Part shown: in pieces, positions 17,400 to 27,168 of the stretch
Layout: the number at the start of each line of letters is the position of its first letter
Numbering within the stretch: the first letter of the stretch is position 1
Source of the DNA: Dehalococcoidia bacterium
Lineage (GTDB): Bacteria; Chloroflexota; Dehalococcoidia; UBA2979
Assembly: GCA_964291495.2 (NCBI GenBank)
Contig: OZ219871.1
Span: forward strand, 672,001-736,000
DNA: 64,000 nucleotides
Direction: 5' to 3'
Translations under genes and position numbers: made by a program
Notes under the pieces: generated by a model
Told to the model about the DNA's origin: nothing
What the model saw: only the letters and a program-made list of their open reading frames with translations
The model's database searches: none

Positions 17400-18128
17400 T
17401 CAGGATGCGACGGGTGCGGCCGGCTGGACGACGGCGGGCGCCAGCTCCGGCACCTGCGCCGCGAGTTCCATGCCTTCCTCGATGATCTCGGTGAGGCGCT
17501 GCAGGTCGATCAGCCCGCAGAGCAGCACGGAGCGAGCGGTGACCCTCGCCACGATCAGCCGATCGTGTTTTCTTGCATCGAACCAGGCGACCGGGCTTCC
17601 GACGACCCCGAACACGAACTCCGTCATGAGTTCGAGGTTATCGACCCTCACGGTTCCTTCCTCGCTGGCGAGGTTGAGGTAGCGCCCGTACCAGCCCTGA
17701 AGCTCGCGGCGCTTCTCCCAGAACCCCTTGAAGCGTGGGCGCTGGGCGTCAGGGAGGCGGGCGAGCAGCGCGAGGTTGTACGGCCCCGAGCAGTAGTTGC
17801 GGACATCGAGGTAGGTCAGCGCCCAGAGTCGGGCCGCCCCACTCGCACCAGCGACGTCGAGCAAGCGCGCTACTTGCAATGGAGCGTCGACGGTGCGATC
17901 GAGCAGCTCCGCGAGGATGTCGTCCTTGCGCGCGAAGTAGTGATAGAGCGAGCCCTGGCGCAACCCCGCCGCCTCGGCGATCTCGCGGGTGGTGGTCCCA
18001 CGGAAGCCGTGCTCGGTGAACAGTCGCCCTGCCTCGAGCAGGATGTGCTCCGCCGGCTCGATGTCGAGTGTGCTCTCGACGGCTCGAGGGCGCCCGATAC
18101 GTCGACCGCTCGGCTCGCTGCCGCTCAT
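17400..18128 (-). CDS. amtR: TetR-family repressor, AmtR-like
   Basis: IGRPR N-terminus, GLRQGSLYHYF helix-turn-helix and RLWAL...NLALLARLP C-domain parallel the Corynebacterium glutamicum AmtR sequence as I recall it (VGRPR, GIRQASLYYHF, RLWAI...NVGRLYQLP). Confidence 0.8.
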   Translation of the reverse strand: MSGSEPSGRRIGRPRAVESTLDIEPAEHILLEAGRLFTEHGFRGTTTREIAEAAGLRQGSLYHYFARKDDILAELLDRTVDAPLQVARLLDVAGASGAARLWALTYLDVRNYCSGPYNLALLARLPDAQRPRFKGFWEKRRELQGWYGRYLNLASEEGTVRVDNLELMTEFVFGVVGSPVAWFDARKHDRLIVARVTARSVLLCGLIDLQRLTEIIEEGMELAAQVPELAPAVVQPAAPVAS

Positions 18129-18376
18129 CGCCCCTCAACCACTACGGCAGGCGCGTCCGATCGCCGCCGGGGGGGCGTGCATGCGCCGTAGGCTTCGAGT
18201 TCGTTCATCTGCGTCTCGATGCGCCGAGGAGGCCAAGTCCCACATCCATTCCGTGGGCCATCGTCACCTCGCGCGCTCGTCATCGTATCAGAGCCTCGCG
18301 AAGGTGCGGATTCTCGTCCACTGCGGCCGGACCGCGATTGCGCGCGTGATCCGATGCTCATCGAGCGCGGGCCGAT

Positions 18377-18404
18377 TTGACAGGCATCTTTCGGGCGATA
18401 GAAT
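18377..18404 (+). promoter_or_regulatory. Promoter TTGACA-16-TAGAAT containing AmtR-like operator copy 2 (18388-18404)
   Basis: TTGACAGGCATCTTTCGGGCGATAGAAT between the divergent TetR and DUF1800 genes. Confidence 0.82.
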
Positions 18405-18465
18405 GAGCACCACGCGCATCGCCGAGGCGCTGTCGAGTGAGGTTCGAATAGGGGGAGGGGACGGC

Positions 18466-19869
18466 ATGGCCACGCAGACCGAGGTGCGCACCGACGCCGC
18501 GCTGCTTGCCCATCTCTACCGGCGGGCGGGGTTCGGGGCGACGCGCGATCAGATCGACCGCCTCGCCACGCGTGACTATTCCGAGGCAGTCGAGTTCCTG
18601 CTCAATCCCACGCCCGAGACGGGCGTGGCGGACGACCTGGTCGCGCGCTATCTCGGAGGCGAGACGCCACAGGCCTACCTGGCCGCGTGGTTGTTCCGGA
18701 TGATCAACTCGGAGAACCAGCTGCAGGAGAAGATGGCGCTGTTCTGGCACCACGTCTTCGCCACGGGCCTCACCAAGAACGAGCACGCGCTGGCCGCGTC
18801 GACCCAGATCGAGCTGTTCCGGCGCAACGGACTGTCCGACATGCGGACGATCCTGCTCGACCTCTCGCGCGACCCGGCGATGATCTTCTGGCTGGACAAC
18901 AACGAAAACCACCTCGGCGAACCGAACGAGAACTACGGGCGCGAGCTGCTGGAGCTGTTCTCGCTCGGCGTGGGCAACTACAGCGAGATCGACATCAAGC
19001 ACGCCTCTCGCGCGTTCACCGGGTGGACCTTCGAGCAGCCGCTCCCGCTCTACCCGTACGGCTTCTACGACGCCGAGTTCCGCTTCAACCCGGACGACCA
19101 CGACAACGACGAGAAGACGTTCCTCGGCCACACGGGCAACCTCGACGGTGGCGATGTGATCGACATCATCGTCGAGCAGCCCGCCTGCGCCCGGTTCATC
19201 TCGCGGCACCTGTACAACTTCTTCGTCGCCGACGAGGTGCAGGTGCCGAGCTGGAACGACGTTCCGCCGCGCGATCCCGAGCTGATCGAGGCGATGGAGG
19301 CCGCGTTCACGGAGTCGGGCGGCGAGATCAAGCCCGTGCTGCGCGTGATGTTCAACTCCGACTCGTTCAAGAACGCTCGCTTCCAGAAGGTGAAGAGCCC
19401 GATCGAGCTGGTCGCCGGCATGCTCAAGCTGGCCGGGAACGACCAGGACTTCCGGCCCGACCTCTCCGTGTACGTCGCCGTACCGATGGGCGGAGCGGCA
19501 ATGACGACCGTCGCGATGGGCCAGAAGCTCCTCGATCCCCCCACCGTCGAGGGCTGGCACACCGGCAAGGAGTGGATCGACGGCGGGATGCTGGTCGAGC
19601 GCGTGAACTTCGCGGTGGAGGAGATCGGCGACGGCTCCGATCCCGGCATCGCTCGCCTCATCGAGCGGCTCATCGAGAGCGGCGCGCTCGCCACGCCGGA
19701 GGGGCTCGTCGACGGCGCCCTCGATGCGCTGGGCCCGATCGCGGTCGACGAGACCACGCGCGAGGGGCTCCTCAGCTTCGCCGCGGACTCGGCGAGCGAC
19801 GACGACCGCACGCGCGTCCTGCGCATGCTGCGGCTGATCGCCTCCACGCCCGACTTCCAGTTCGCCTAG
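18466..19869 (+). CDS. DUF1800 family protein
   Basis: AHLYRRAGFG, LQEKMALFWHHVFAT, DPAMIFWLDN, PNENYGRELLELFSLG, PPTVEGW; start at ATG 18466. Confidence 0.92.
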   Translation: MATQTEVRTDAALLAHLYRRAGFGATRDQIDRLATRDYSEAVEFLLNPTPETGVADDLVARYLGGETPQAYLAAWLFRMINSENQLQEKMALFWHHVFATGLTKNEHALAASTQIELFRRNGLSDMRTILLDLSRDPAMIFWLDNNENHLGEPNENYGRELLELFSLGVGNYSEIDIKHASRAFTGWTFEQPLPLYPYGFYDAEFRFNPDDHDNDEKTFLGHTGNLDGGDVIDIIVEQPACARFISRHLYNFFVADEVQVPSWNDVPPRDPELIEAMEAAFTESGGEIKPVLRVMFNSDSFKNARFQKVKSPIELVAGMLKLAGNDQDFRPDLSVYVAVPMGGAAMTTVAMGQKLLDPPTVEGWHTGKEWIDGGMLVERVNFAVEEIGDGSDPGIARLIERLIESGALATPEGLVDGALDALGPIAVDETTREGLLSFAADSASDDDRTRVLRMLRLIASTPDFQFA

Positions 19870-19896
19870 GCTCCCTGCGACGAAAGGAGCGGCTCA

Positions 19897-21051
19897 GTGA
19901 CGAGCAACGGAAACGGCATCAACGGCAAGGACCCGGTGCTGGTCGTCGTGCAGCTCACGGGCGGCAACGACTTCATGAACACGCTCGTGCCCTACTCCTG
20001 GGGGAGGTACTACGACTACCGCGAGGCCGTACGCATCGAAGAGAACCAGGTCCTGAAGTTCAGCGACGAGCTGGGGTTCCACCCGGCGGCGGCGCCCCTG
20101 AAGGAGCTCTTCGACGCCGGCGACGTGGCGATCGTGCAGGGCATCGGGTACGAGAACTCCAACCGCTCGCACTTCCGCGCGATGGACATCATGCACACGG
20201 CCGAGCCGCACAAGATCTCCACGGAGGGCTGGCTCGCGAAGGCGATCCGCGAACTCGACCCGGAGGGCGAGAACGTGCTGACGGGCGTCAGCTTCGGCCG
20301 CGGGCTGCCCCGCGCGATGGCCGCCCCGGGCGTGCGCGTGACCTCCGTCGGCGACCTCGACAGCTACGGCCTCATGACCTCGGTCGAGATCGAGCAGCAG
20401 CGCGCCCAGGAGCTCGACATCTTCCAGCGCGTCTACACGCCGGCGATCGGCACCGGCGCGACGATGAGCTACATCAGGCAGACCGGCATCGACGTCCTCG
20501 CCGGCATCGACAAGCTGCAATCGATCGCGGGCCAGTACGAATCGTCGGTTGAGTACGCGAGCAACCCGATCGCGCAGAGCCTGCGCGACGTGGCGCGGAC
20601 GCACATCGCGGGCCTCGGCACCCGCGTCTTCTACGTGCGGCACGCCGGCTACGACCACCACGCCGTCGAGCTGCCGCTGCACGAGCGGCTGCTGACCGAA
20701 CTGAGCGGCGCGCTGCGCGACTTCTTCGCCGACCTGCGCGATCACGACGCCTCGGAGGAGGTCGTGGTCTACGTCTTCACCGAGTTCGGCCGGCGCGTGC
20801 CGGACAACGGCAGCGGCACCGACCACGGCTCCGGCGGCGGCGCCTTCATCCTCGGCGACCGCGTCAAGGGTGGGCTGTACGCCGAATACCCGTCGCTCGA
20901 CCCGTCGACCTTTGCGAACGGCGAGGACCTCGCGCACACGTTCGATTTCCGCGGCGTCTACGCCACGCTGCTTGAGCAGTGGCTGAGCGTGGACTCGCAG
21001 GACATCGTGGGCGGCCAGTACGAGCAGCTGCGGCCATTCGTGGCCGCCTAG
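19897..21051 (+). CDS. DUF1501 family protein
   Basis: LVVVQLTGGNDFMNT, NRSHFRAMD, GYDHH, TEFGRR, GTDHG. Confidence 0.92.
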   Translation: MTSNGNGINGKDPVLVVVQLTGGNDFMNTLVPYSWGRYYDYREAVRIEENQVLKFSDELGFHPAAAPLKELFDAGDVAIVQGIGYENSNRSHFRAMDIMHTAEPHKISTEGWLAKAIRELDPEGENVLTGVSFGRGLPRAMAAPGVRVTSVGDLDSYGLMTSVEIEQQRAQELDIFQRVYTPAIGTGATMSYIRQTGIDVLAGIDKLQSIAGQYESSVEYASNPIAQSLRDVARTHIAGLGTRVFYVRHAGYDHHAVELPLHERLLTELSGALRDFFADLRDHDASEEVVVYVFTEFGRRVPDNGSGTDHGSGGGAFILGDRVKGGLYAEYPSLDPSTFANGEDLAHTFDFRGVYATLLEQWLSVDSQDIVGGQYEQLRPFVAA

Positions 21052-21083
21052 CACGGCCGCGCAGGAGCATGGGAGAACGAGCA

Positions 21084-22112
21084 ATGGGTCGGCCCTACGG
21101 ACTGCTGCGAGCAGGCTTCCCTTACGTCAAGTCGCTCGGGATGTACCGGATCACCAACTTCCCGGTCAGTCTCGCGAACAGCAACGGGCGGCTCTACATC
21201 CTGTGCCGGCAGGACAAGGCGTTCGCCGGCGTGCTGGACGCCGTGCGCGTCTACTCGGTGGGCGACGAGGAGCCCGGTATCTCCTTCGGCCCCCTCGGCG
21301 AGGACGAAGGTTCGTTCCGCTGGCCGGTCTCGATCGCGGTGGACCAGGACGAGCGGATCTACATCAGCGACGAGGCGCTCGACCGCATCTCCGTCTTCGA
21401 CCGCGAGGGCGAGTTCCTGCACTGCTGGGGCACGCCCGGCTCGGGCGCGGGCGAGATCCGGCGGCCGGCCGGGCTGGCGTTCGACGCCGAGGACCGGCTC
21501 TACGTGGTCGACTCGATGAACCATCGCGTCCAGAGGTTCACGAAGGACGGGCAGCTCATCGACGGCTGGGGCAGCCACGGCGACGGCGAGGGCCAGTTCG
21601 ACATGCCCTGGGGGATCACGGTGGACGAGCTGGGTGACGTCTACGTGGCCGACTGGCGCAACGATCGCGTGCAGAAGTTCACGAGCGACGGCGAGTTCGT
21701 CCTCGCCTTCGGCCGCTCCGGATGCGGCGACGGCGAGTTCAACCGCCCGACCGACGTGGCGGTCGACCGCGACGGCGACATCTACGTCTGCGACCGCGGC
21801 AACAACCGCGTGCAGCAGTTCAACGAGGAGACTCGCTACATCGACAAGATGCTCGGCGCCGGCACGCTCTCAAAGGCGGCGCGCGAGTACATGCTGTCGC
21901 AAGCCGGCCCGAATCGCATCCGCGACGGGGCGCGCATCGAGACGGAACGCCTGCTGCGACAGCCTCAGGGCATCCTCGTCGACGACGAAGACCGGCTCTG
22001 CATCGCGGACACCGACTCCTATCGCATCCAGGTCTACCAGAAGGAGGTCATCCGGCTGGAGCCGCATCAGATCCTCCCACCGATGCGGTCGGTGACCCTC
22101 CTCTCGGAGTAG
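21084..22112 (+). CDS. NHL-repeat beta-propeller protein
   Basis: Repeated G-[EQS]-F-x-x-P...YVxD..N.R[VI]Q.F blades. Confidence 0.88.
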   Translation: MGRPYGLLRAGFPYVKSLGMYRITNFPVSLANSNGRLYILCRQDKAFAGVLDAVRVYSVGDEEPGISFGPLGEDEGSFRWPVSIAVDQDERIYISDEALDRISVFDREGEFLHCWGTPGSGAGEIRRPAGLAFDAEDRLYVVDSMNHRVQRFTKDGQLIDGWGSHGDGEGQFDMPWGITVDELGDVYVADWRNDRVQKFTSDGEFVLAFGRSGCGDGEFNRPTDVAVDRDGDIYVCDRGNNRVQQFNEETRYIDKMLGAGTLSKAAREYMLSQAGPNRIRDGARIETERLLRQPQGILVDDEDRLCIADTDSYRIQVYQKEVIRLEPHQILPPMRSVTLLSE

Positions 22113-22134
22113 CGGCAGCACTCCCGGAGGCCTG

Positions 22135-22473
22135 ATGCCGATCATCATCGGTTTCGCCCAGCAGCGACGGCAGTTGCTCGAGTCCGAGATCGCGCGGATC
22201 GCGGGCGAGCTGCCCAGGCTCGGCGTGCTGCGCGCCTGGGTCACCGGAGAGTTCGGGCGAGGGCAGGTTCGCCCCGATACGCCGCTCGAGCTGGTCGTCG
22301 TGCACGACAACCCACAGCCTCCGCGTCGGCGCTCGGACTTCTTCGTCGATCACCTGCGCCCCCGGCTCGCCACCCACTTCACCGTCTACACCCCCGAGGA
22401 AGCCGAGTCGCTCGAGGAACGTGACCGTGTGCTCGTCGAGGCGATCCGGCTCGCCGAGCCGATCGTCGGATGA
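22135..22473 (+). CDS. Minimal nucleotidyltransferase (MNT)-fold protein with degenerate active site
   Basis: AWVTGEFGRGQVRPDTPLELVVV aligns with LFGSxARG...SDxDLLVV; VYTPEE motif; directly upstream of a HEPN gene. Confidence 0.7.
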   Translation: MPIIIGFAQQRRQLLESEIARIAGELPRLGVLRAWVTGEFGRGQVRPDTPLELVVVHDNPQPPRRRSDFFVDHLRPRLATHFTVYTPEEAESLEERDRVLVEAIRLAEPIVG

Positions 22474-22485
22474 GGGGTGGGTACG

Positions 22486-22902
22486 ATGCCTGACAGCGAC
22501 GCGGCCGCGCACGAGACGGCGCGCTGGCTCGCGCAGGCGCGCATCGACCTCGGCGACGCTCGTGGCTCCGCCGAGGCGAACCGCCACGCGCTCGCCTGCT
22601 TCCTCTGCCACCAGGCGGCCGAGAAGGCCGTGACGGCCTTCCTCTACTCGCGCGGTGTCGAGCTGATCTGGGGGCACGCGCTCGCCGATCTCTGCGAGGA
22701 CGCGATGGCGCTCGACCCCTCGTTCGACCTGCTCAAGTCGAGCGCGGCGCTGCTCGACAAGCACTACCTCGGCGCGCGCTACCCCTCGACACTGCCGGGC
22801 GGCGTCCCGGGCGAGGTCTACGACGCCGAGGACTCCCGGCGCGCGCTCGAGATCGCGGCCGATGCGCTCGAGTTCGTGACGATGCGCCTCGACGAGGGCT
22901 AG
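22486..22902 (+). CDS. HEPN domain protein (sacsin-like HEPN)
   Basis: WLAQARIDL, ACFLCHQAAEKA, HALADL, LDKHYLGARYP. Confidence 0.88.
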   Translation: MPDSDAAAHETARWLAQARIDLGDARGSAEANRHALACFLCHQAAEKAVTAFLYSRGVELIWGHALADLCEDAMALDPSFDLLKSSAALLDKHYLGARYPSTLPGGVPGEVYDAEDSRRALEIAADALEFVTMRLDEG

Positions 22903-24104
22903 CTAAGCTCCTCGTCCGCCTGCGCCAGCGCCGCATCGACGACGCGCCGGGCGGCGCGCGCGTAGCGAGCGACCGCCTCCGCGTCGACGGCAATGTCGAA
23001 GGTGTCGTCGGGCGTGTGGAAGTAGCGGTGATAGCCGAGGAAGGAGGCGTAGCGTCCGCCGGCCTCGTGGATGTTTCGCGCCTCGCCACCCGGCTCCCCT
23101 GGTGTCATCGGCGTTACTGCTGCCAGGTCGATGCCCTCCGCGTCGATCGCGTCGCGCATCACGTCCTGCCAGGCGGCGTTGCTGGCCCCGTACTCCGGCT
23201 CCGGGTAGCGCGCCCCGATCGAGGCGCCGAGGTGCAGCGTCAGCACGGCCCGGCGCACGAGCGCCGTGCGCGAGCGCAACCAGTGCTCGAGTCCCTGGTG
23301 ATGCAGCTCGTGGCCGGAGCTGGCCAGCAGTTGCACCTCGCGGCGTGGCACAACGCGCGCGAAGTGCTCGGCGAGGGCGAGCCAGACCGCGATCCCGCCG
23401 CCGCGCTCGGCAGCGCAGGTGAACCAGCCGGACTTCGGGGTGATCACCAGCAGCGGCGCCGCCCCGGGGTCCGTACCCGCGATGCTGGCGACGACGTTGG
23501 TCGCGGTCGACTGCCGTCGCTCGCCGTCGATCTCGAGTACGCCCGCGACGCCGGCGGCGATCGAAGCCGCGAGGTCGCGGATATCGTCGGGCGCCACCTG
23601 GAGGACCGGCAGCGAGAAGGGCCGGTCGATGTACTCAGCGTTCCGCAGGCGGATCGAGGAGCCCTCGCCGGTGGGGACCACGGCGCCCACGGCCCCCGCG
23701 CCGGCCAGCTCGCCGAACGTCTCGCGCGCACCCGTGGGCGGATTGCCCGCCGGGCCGCGAGCCGCCGCCGAGACGAGCACCACGATCTTGCCGCGGGGGT
23801 CGCGGTCCTCGTCGCTCACGAGCTCGCCCTCGATGCCACCGGCGGGGGTGAAGCCGCCGTCGTACATCGGCACGCCGTCGGCATGGTCCCGAGGGCCGGC
23901 GCCCCAGCTGAGGCGTGCGCGACGGGTCTCGACGCGGGGGAAGGTGAAGCGCTCGGTGTCGGCCGCGACGCCGAGGCGGCCCAGCTCCTCGACGAGCCAC
24001 TCGCTCGTCGCGGCATCGCCCGGCCAGCCGCTGCGGTGAATCCCGAAGCGCTCGTAGGCGCGGATTCGCGCCTCGATCGCCGCCGGGTCGAAGCCGTCCG
24101 TCAC
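22899..24104 (-). CDS. PA-domain / M28-peptidase-fold protein with atypical metal ligands
   Basis: HRSGW, GKIVV (PA-like insert), ATNVVASIAG, SSGHEL, YFHTPDD. Confidence 0.6.
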   Translation of the reverse strand: MTDGFDPAAIEARIRAYERFGIHRSGWPGDAATSEWLVEELGRLGVAADTERFTFPRVETRRARLSWGAGPRDHADGVPMYDGGFTPAGGIEGELVSDEDRDPRGKIVVLVSAAARGPAGNPPTGARETFGELAGAGAVGAVVPTGEGSSIRLRNAEYIDRPFSLPVLQVAPDDIRDLAASIAAGVAGVLEIDGERRQSTATNVVASIAGTDPGAAPLLVITPKSGWFTCAAERGGGIAVWLALAEHFARVVPRREVQLLASSGHELHHQGLEHWLRSRTALVRRAVLTLHLGASIGARYPEPEYGASNAAWQDVMRDAIDAEGIDLAAVTPMTPGEPGGEARNIHEAGGRYASFLGYHRYFHTPDDTFDIAVDAEAVARYARAARRVVDAALAQADEELS

Positions 24105-24126
24105 GATGCCCCCTCGGCAGGCGCAG

Positions 24127-25710
24127 TCAGGTCGATGTGCGGCCGCGACGCAGCGCGCGTCCCGGCAACGCTCCCGTGTTCGCGCCCTGGTCGATCACGA
24201 TCGCGCCGTTGACGATCACGTAGTCGATGCCGGTCGGGTACTGCTTCGGTTCGGCCCTCGTCGCCGGCGCCTTCACCTCGTTGGCGTCGAAGACGACGAT
24301 GTCGGCCTTGAGCCCGTCGCGCAGCAGTCCGCGGTCCGGGAGGCCGAGCCGCTGCGCGGGGAACGAGGTCATCTTGCGGATCGCCTCGGGCAGCTGCAGG
24401 TGCCTCTCGGCGCGGACGAACTCGGCGAGGACGACGGGGAAGCAGCCGTAGGTGCGGGGGCTGGGGAACTCGCCGAGGAGGATCGCGTCGCTCGCGATCA
24501 TGCCGTACGGGTGCGAGACGAAGGCGTACAGCGTCGCCTCGTTGGTCCCGAGGCCGACGTAGGAGACGCCCAGCTCCTCGTCGAGGAGCAGGTCGAGCAG
24601 CGCGTCGACGGGATCCTGGTTCCGCAGCTCCGCGATCTGGGCGACCGAGCGCCCCTCGTACTGCGCGTTCGCCGGCTTGCGGAACCAGGTGAGCCAGGTG
24701 CTCTCCCAGGGACCGAAGGGCGGGGCCTCCACCTCGCGCTTGATGCGGGCGCGATCCTCGGGGTCGCGGAGCGCCTGCATCAGGCGCTCGGGGCCGCCGC
24801 TCATCGCCCACTTCGGGAGGATGATCGTGGCCGTCGTCCCGGAGTAGGGGTACGTGTAGCAATCGAACGTGACGTCGAGGCCCTCGGCGCGCCCATCCTC
24901 GACGAGCCCGATGTAGTCGTGATGGCTCCCCACGCCCTGCGCCGTCTGGCGATAGTGCGTGAGGTGGACGGCCGCGCCGCTCTTGCGGCCGATCTCCAGC
25001 GCCTCCTCCCACGGCGCCAGCAGCCCGAGCGAGCGCAGCGAGGCGCGCGTGTGCGTGTGGTAGAACCCGCCGTACTCGGCGGAGGCGCCGGTGATCGCGA
25101 TCAGCTCCTCCGTCGAGGCGTACGAGCCCGGCGGATAGTCGAGGCCTGTCGAGAGCCCCCACGCCCCCTCCTGCATCGCCTCCCGCGTGACGGCGCGCAT
25201 GTCCTCGATCTCCGCCGGGGTCGCCGGGCGATCCTCCCAACCGGCGCTCCAGATGCGCACCGGCGAGTTGCCGAGGATGAACGCGACGTTGATCGCCACC
25301 CGGTTGTCGTACTGCGAGAGCTGCTCGGCGACCGTCAGCCAGTCCGCCTCCTGCGGCGGGTAGCCGTTGAGCCCGGAGTCGAGCCAGATGTAGCGGCGCC
25401 GCTCGTCGTGTGTTTTGAAGGGCGCATGGGAGATCCCGTCGACGCCCACCAGCTCGGTCGTGACGCCCTGGCGCACCTTTGGGTCGTGGTGCGGCTCGCC
25501 GAGGATCGTGAGCCCGGCGTGCGAGTGCAGATCGATGAACCCGGGGCAGACGACCTTGCCCGTGGCGTCGATCTCGCGCCGCGCCGTGAGCGCCGAGTCG
25601 TCGCCGCGGTGGATCGTGACCCGCTCGTTCTCGACGGCCACGGTGGCGTAGAAGCCCGCGCTCCCGCTGCCGTCGATCACGAGCCCGTGTCGTATGAGCA
25701 GATCAGCCAT
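24127..25710 (-). CDS. D-aminoacylase family amidohydrolase (paralogue of 11613-13262)
   Basis: PGFIDLHSH, GLSTGLDYPPG, IASD, PSPRTYG; start at ATG 25710. Confidence 0.9.
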   Translation of the reverse strand: MADLLIRHGLVIDGSGSAGFYATVAVENERVTIHRGDDSALTARREIDATGKVVCPGFIDLHSHAGLTILGEPHHDPKVRQGVTTELVGVDGISHAPFKTHDERRRYIWLDSGLNGYPPQEADWLTVAEQLSQYDNRVAINVAFILGNSPVRIWSAGWEDRPATPAEIEDMRAVTREAMQEGAWGLSTGLDYPPGSYASTEELIAITGASAEYGGFYHTHTRASLRSLGLLAPWEEALEIGRKSGAAVHLTHYRQTAQGVGSHHDYIGLVEDGRAEGLDVTFDCYTYPYSGTTATIILPKWAMSGGPERLMQALRDPEDRARIKREVEAPPFGPWESTWLTWFRKPANAQYEGRSVAQIAELRNQDPVDALLDLLLDEELGVSYVGLGTNEATLYAFVSHPYGMIASDAILLGEFPSPRTYGCFPVVLAEFVRAERHLQLPEAIRKMTSFPAQRLGLPDRGLLRDGLKADIVVFDANEVKAPATRAEPKQYPTGIDYVIVNGAIVIDQGANTGALPGRALRRGRTST

Positions 25711-25758
25711 GCGCCCGGCCACGCTTACGCATCAGTCGTTCCTCGCGCCGACGCAACG

Positions 25759-26985
25759 CTAGAACGCGCCCGCCCTGTCCAGTCGCTCGATCTCGGGCCA
25801 GTCGTATCCGAGTTCGAGGAGCAGCTCCTCCCGGTGCTGCCCGAGTTCCGGAGAGCCATCGAGCACCAGCGGCACGCCCCGCAGCTGGAATGGCGGCGCG
25901 ACCACGTCGATCTCGCGACCGCTGCGGTGCGTTCGCCTGACGATGAACCCGTTGGCGCGGGCCTGCTCATCGATCGCGAGGTCGTCGATCGTGCTGATCG
26001 GCGCCCACGGGATGTCGGCCTCGTCGAGCAGGGGGGCGACCTCCTCGAGGGTATAGCCGGACAGCGTCTCCGCGATCTCGCGTCGTGCGTCTTCGGCGTG
26101 CTCGAGGATGCTCTCCAGGTCCCGGAAGCGCGGATCCCCGGCGAGGTCGCCGCGACCGATAGCCTCGCAGAGCTGCGCCCAGTAGCGAGGAGCCTGGAAC
26201 ATCGCGAACTGCAGCCAGCGACCGTCGCCGCAGCGGTAGCTGTTGTTCAGCGGGTTGCGCCGCTGCCCCAGCCCGGGCCGCAACTCCTCGGTCTGACCGA
26301 GCAGCGAGAGCTGCAGCTCCCAGCCGTTCGTCCACATCCCCGCTCCGAGCAACGAGGCGTCGACGATCACGCCTCCCTGGCCGCGCTCCCGTGCGAACAG
26401 CGCCATCATGATTCCCGCCACGAGCGTCATTCCCGATGGGAGGTCGCCCATCGCACCCGTCTGCTGAACCGGCGCTTCGTCGCCGGGGGCCAGCGCCTTG
26501 CCGATCCCGCTGCGTGACCAGTACGCAAGCGAGTCGAATGCGGCGCGATCGACCTCGGCGCCCTCACGGCCGTAGCCCGTCGCGCTGGCGATGACGAGGC
26601 TCGGGTAGCGCTCGTGCAGCGTCTCCGGCAGCAGTCCGGTGCGTTCAAGAGACGCCGGTCGCAGGTTCGTCAGGAACACATCGGCGCCGGCGATGAAGCG
26701 TTCGAGCACCTCGCGTCCGGCGTCGTTCGCGAGGTCCAGCGTGATTCCCCGCTTCCCGGAGTTCGAGAGCTCGAAGGTGGGCTCAATCGTCGTGCCATCG
26801 ACCTCGACGGTGTACGCGCGGATGGGATCCGAGCCTCCGCTCGGCTCGACCTTCACGACGTCCGCGCCGTACGACGCGAGGATGGCGCCGGCCGACGGGG
26901 CCATCACCCAGCTCGAGATCTCGACCACACGGATCCCGGTCAGCGGAAGCCGGTCTCCCGGCTCCGGGTTCCCACCGTCGACCAT
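25759..26985 (-). CDS. Family III CoA-transferase
   Basis: PLTGIRVVE, GADVVKVEP, NSGKRGITLDL, GAMGD. Confidence 0.9.
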   Translation of the reverse strand: MVDGGNPEPGDRLPLTGIRVVEISSWVMAPSAGAILASYGADVVKVEPSGGSDPIRAYTVEVDGTTIEPTFELSNSGKRGITLDLANDAGREVLERFIAGADVFLTNLRPASLERTGLLPETLHERYPSLVIASATGYGREGAEVDRAAFDSLAYWSRSGIGKALAPGDEAPVQQTGAMGDLPSGMTLVAGIMMALFARERGQGGVIVDASLLGAGMWTNGWELQLSLLGQTEELRPGLGQRRNPLNNSYRCGDGRWLQFAMFQAPRYWAQLCEAIGRGDLAGDPRFRDLESILEHAEDARREIAETLSGYTLEEVAPLLDEADIPWAPISTIDDLAIDEQARANGFIVRRTHRSGREIDVVAPPFQLRGVPLVLDGSPELGQHREELLLELGYDWPEIERLDRAGAF

Positions 26986-27168
26986 CGCGACCTCGTTTCC
27001 TGCCGACCGCGGTCATCGCCGTTGACGCCACTGCCTTGCGCTAGTGTAGAGCGAGCTTGCTCGCGAGCGCCGCCTGAGCGCAGCATCCGCCGATTCAGGT
27101 TCGAACAGGGGAAGCGCCGGCAGGCGCCGCCGCGCGAGCGTCCAACCGCCGGAGAGGGGGAGCGAATC

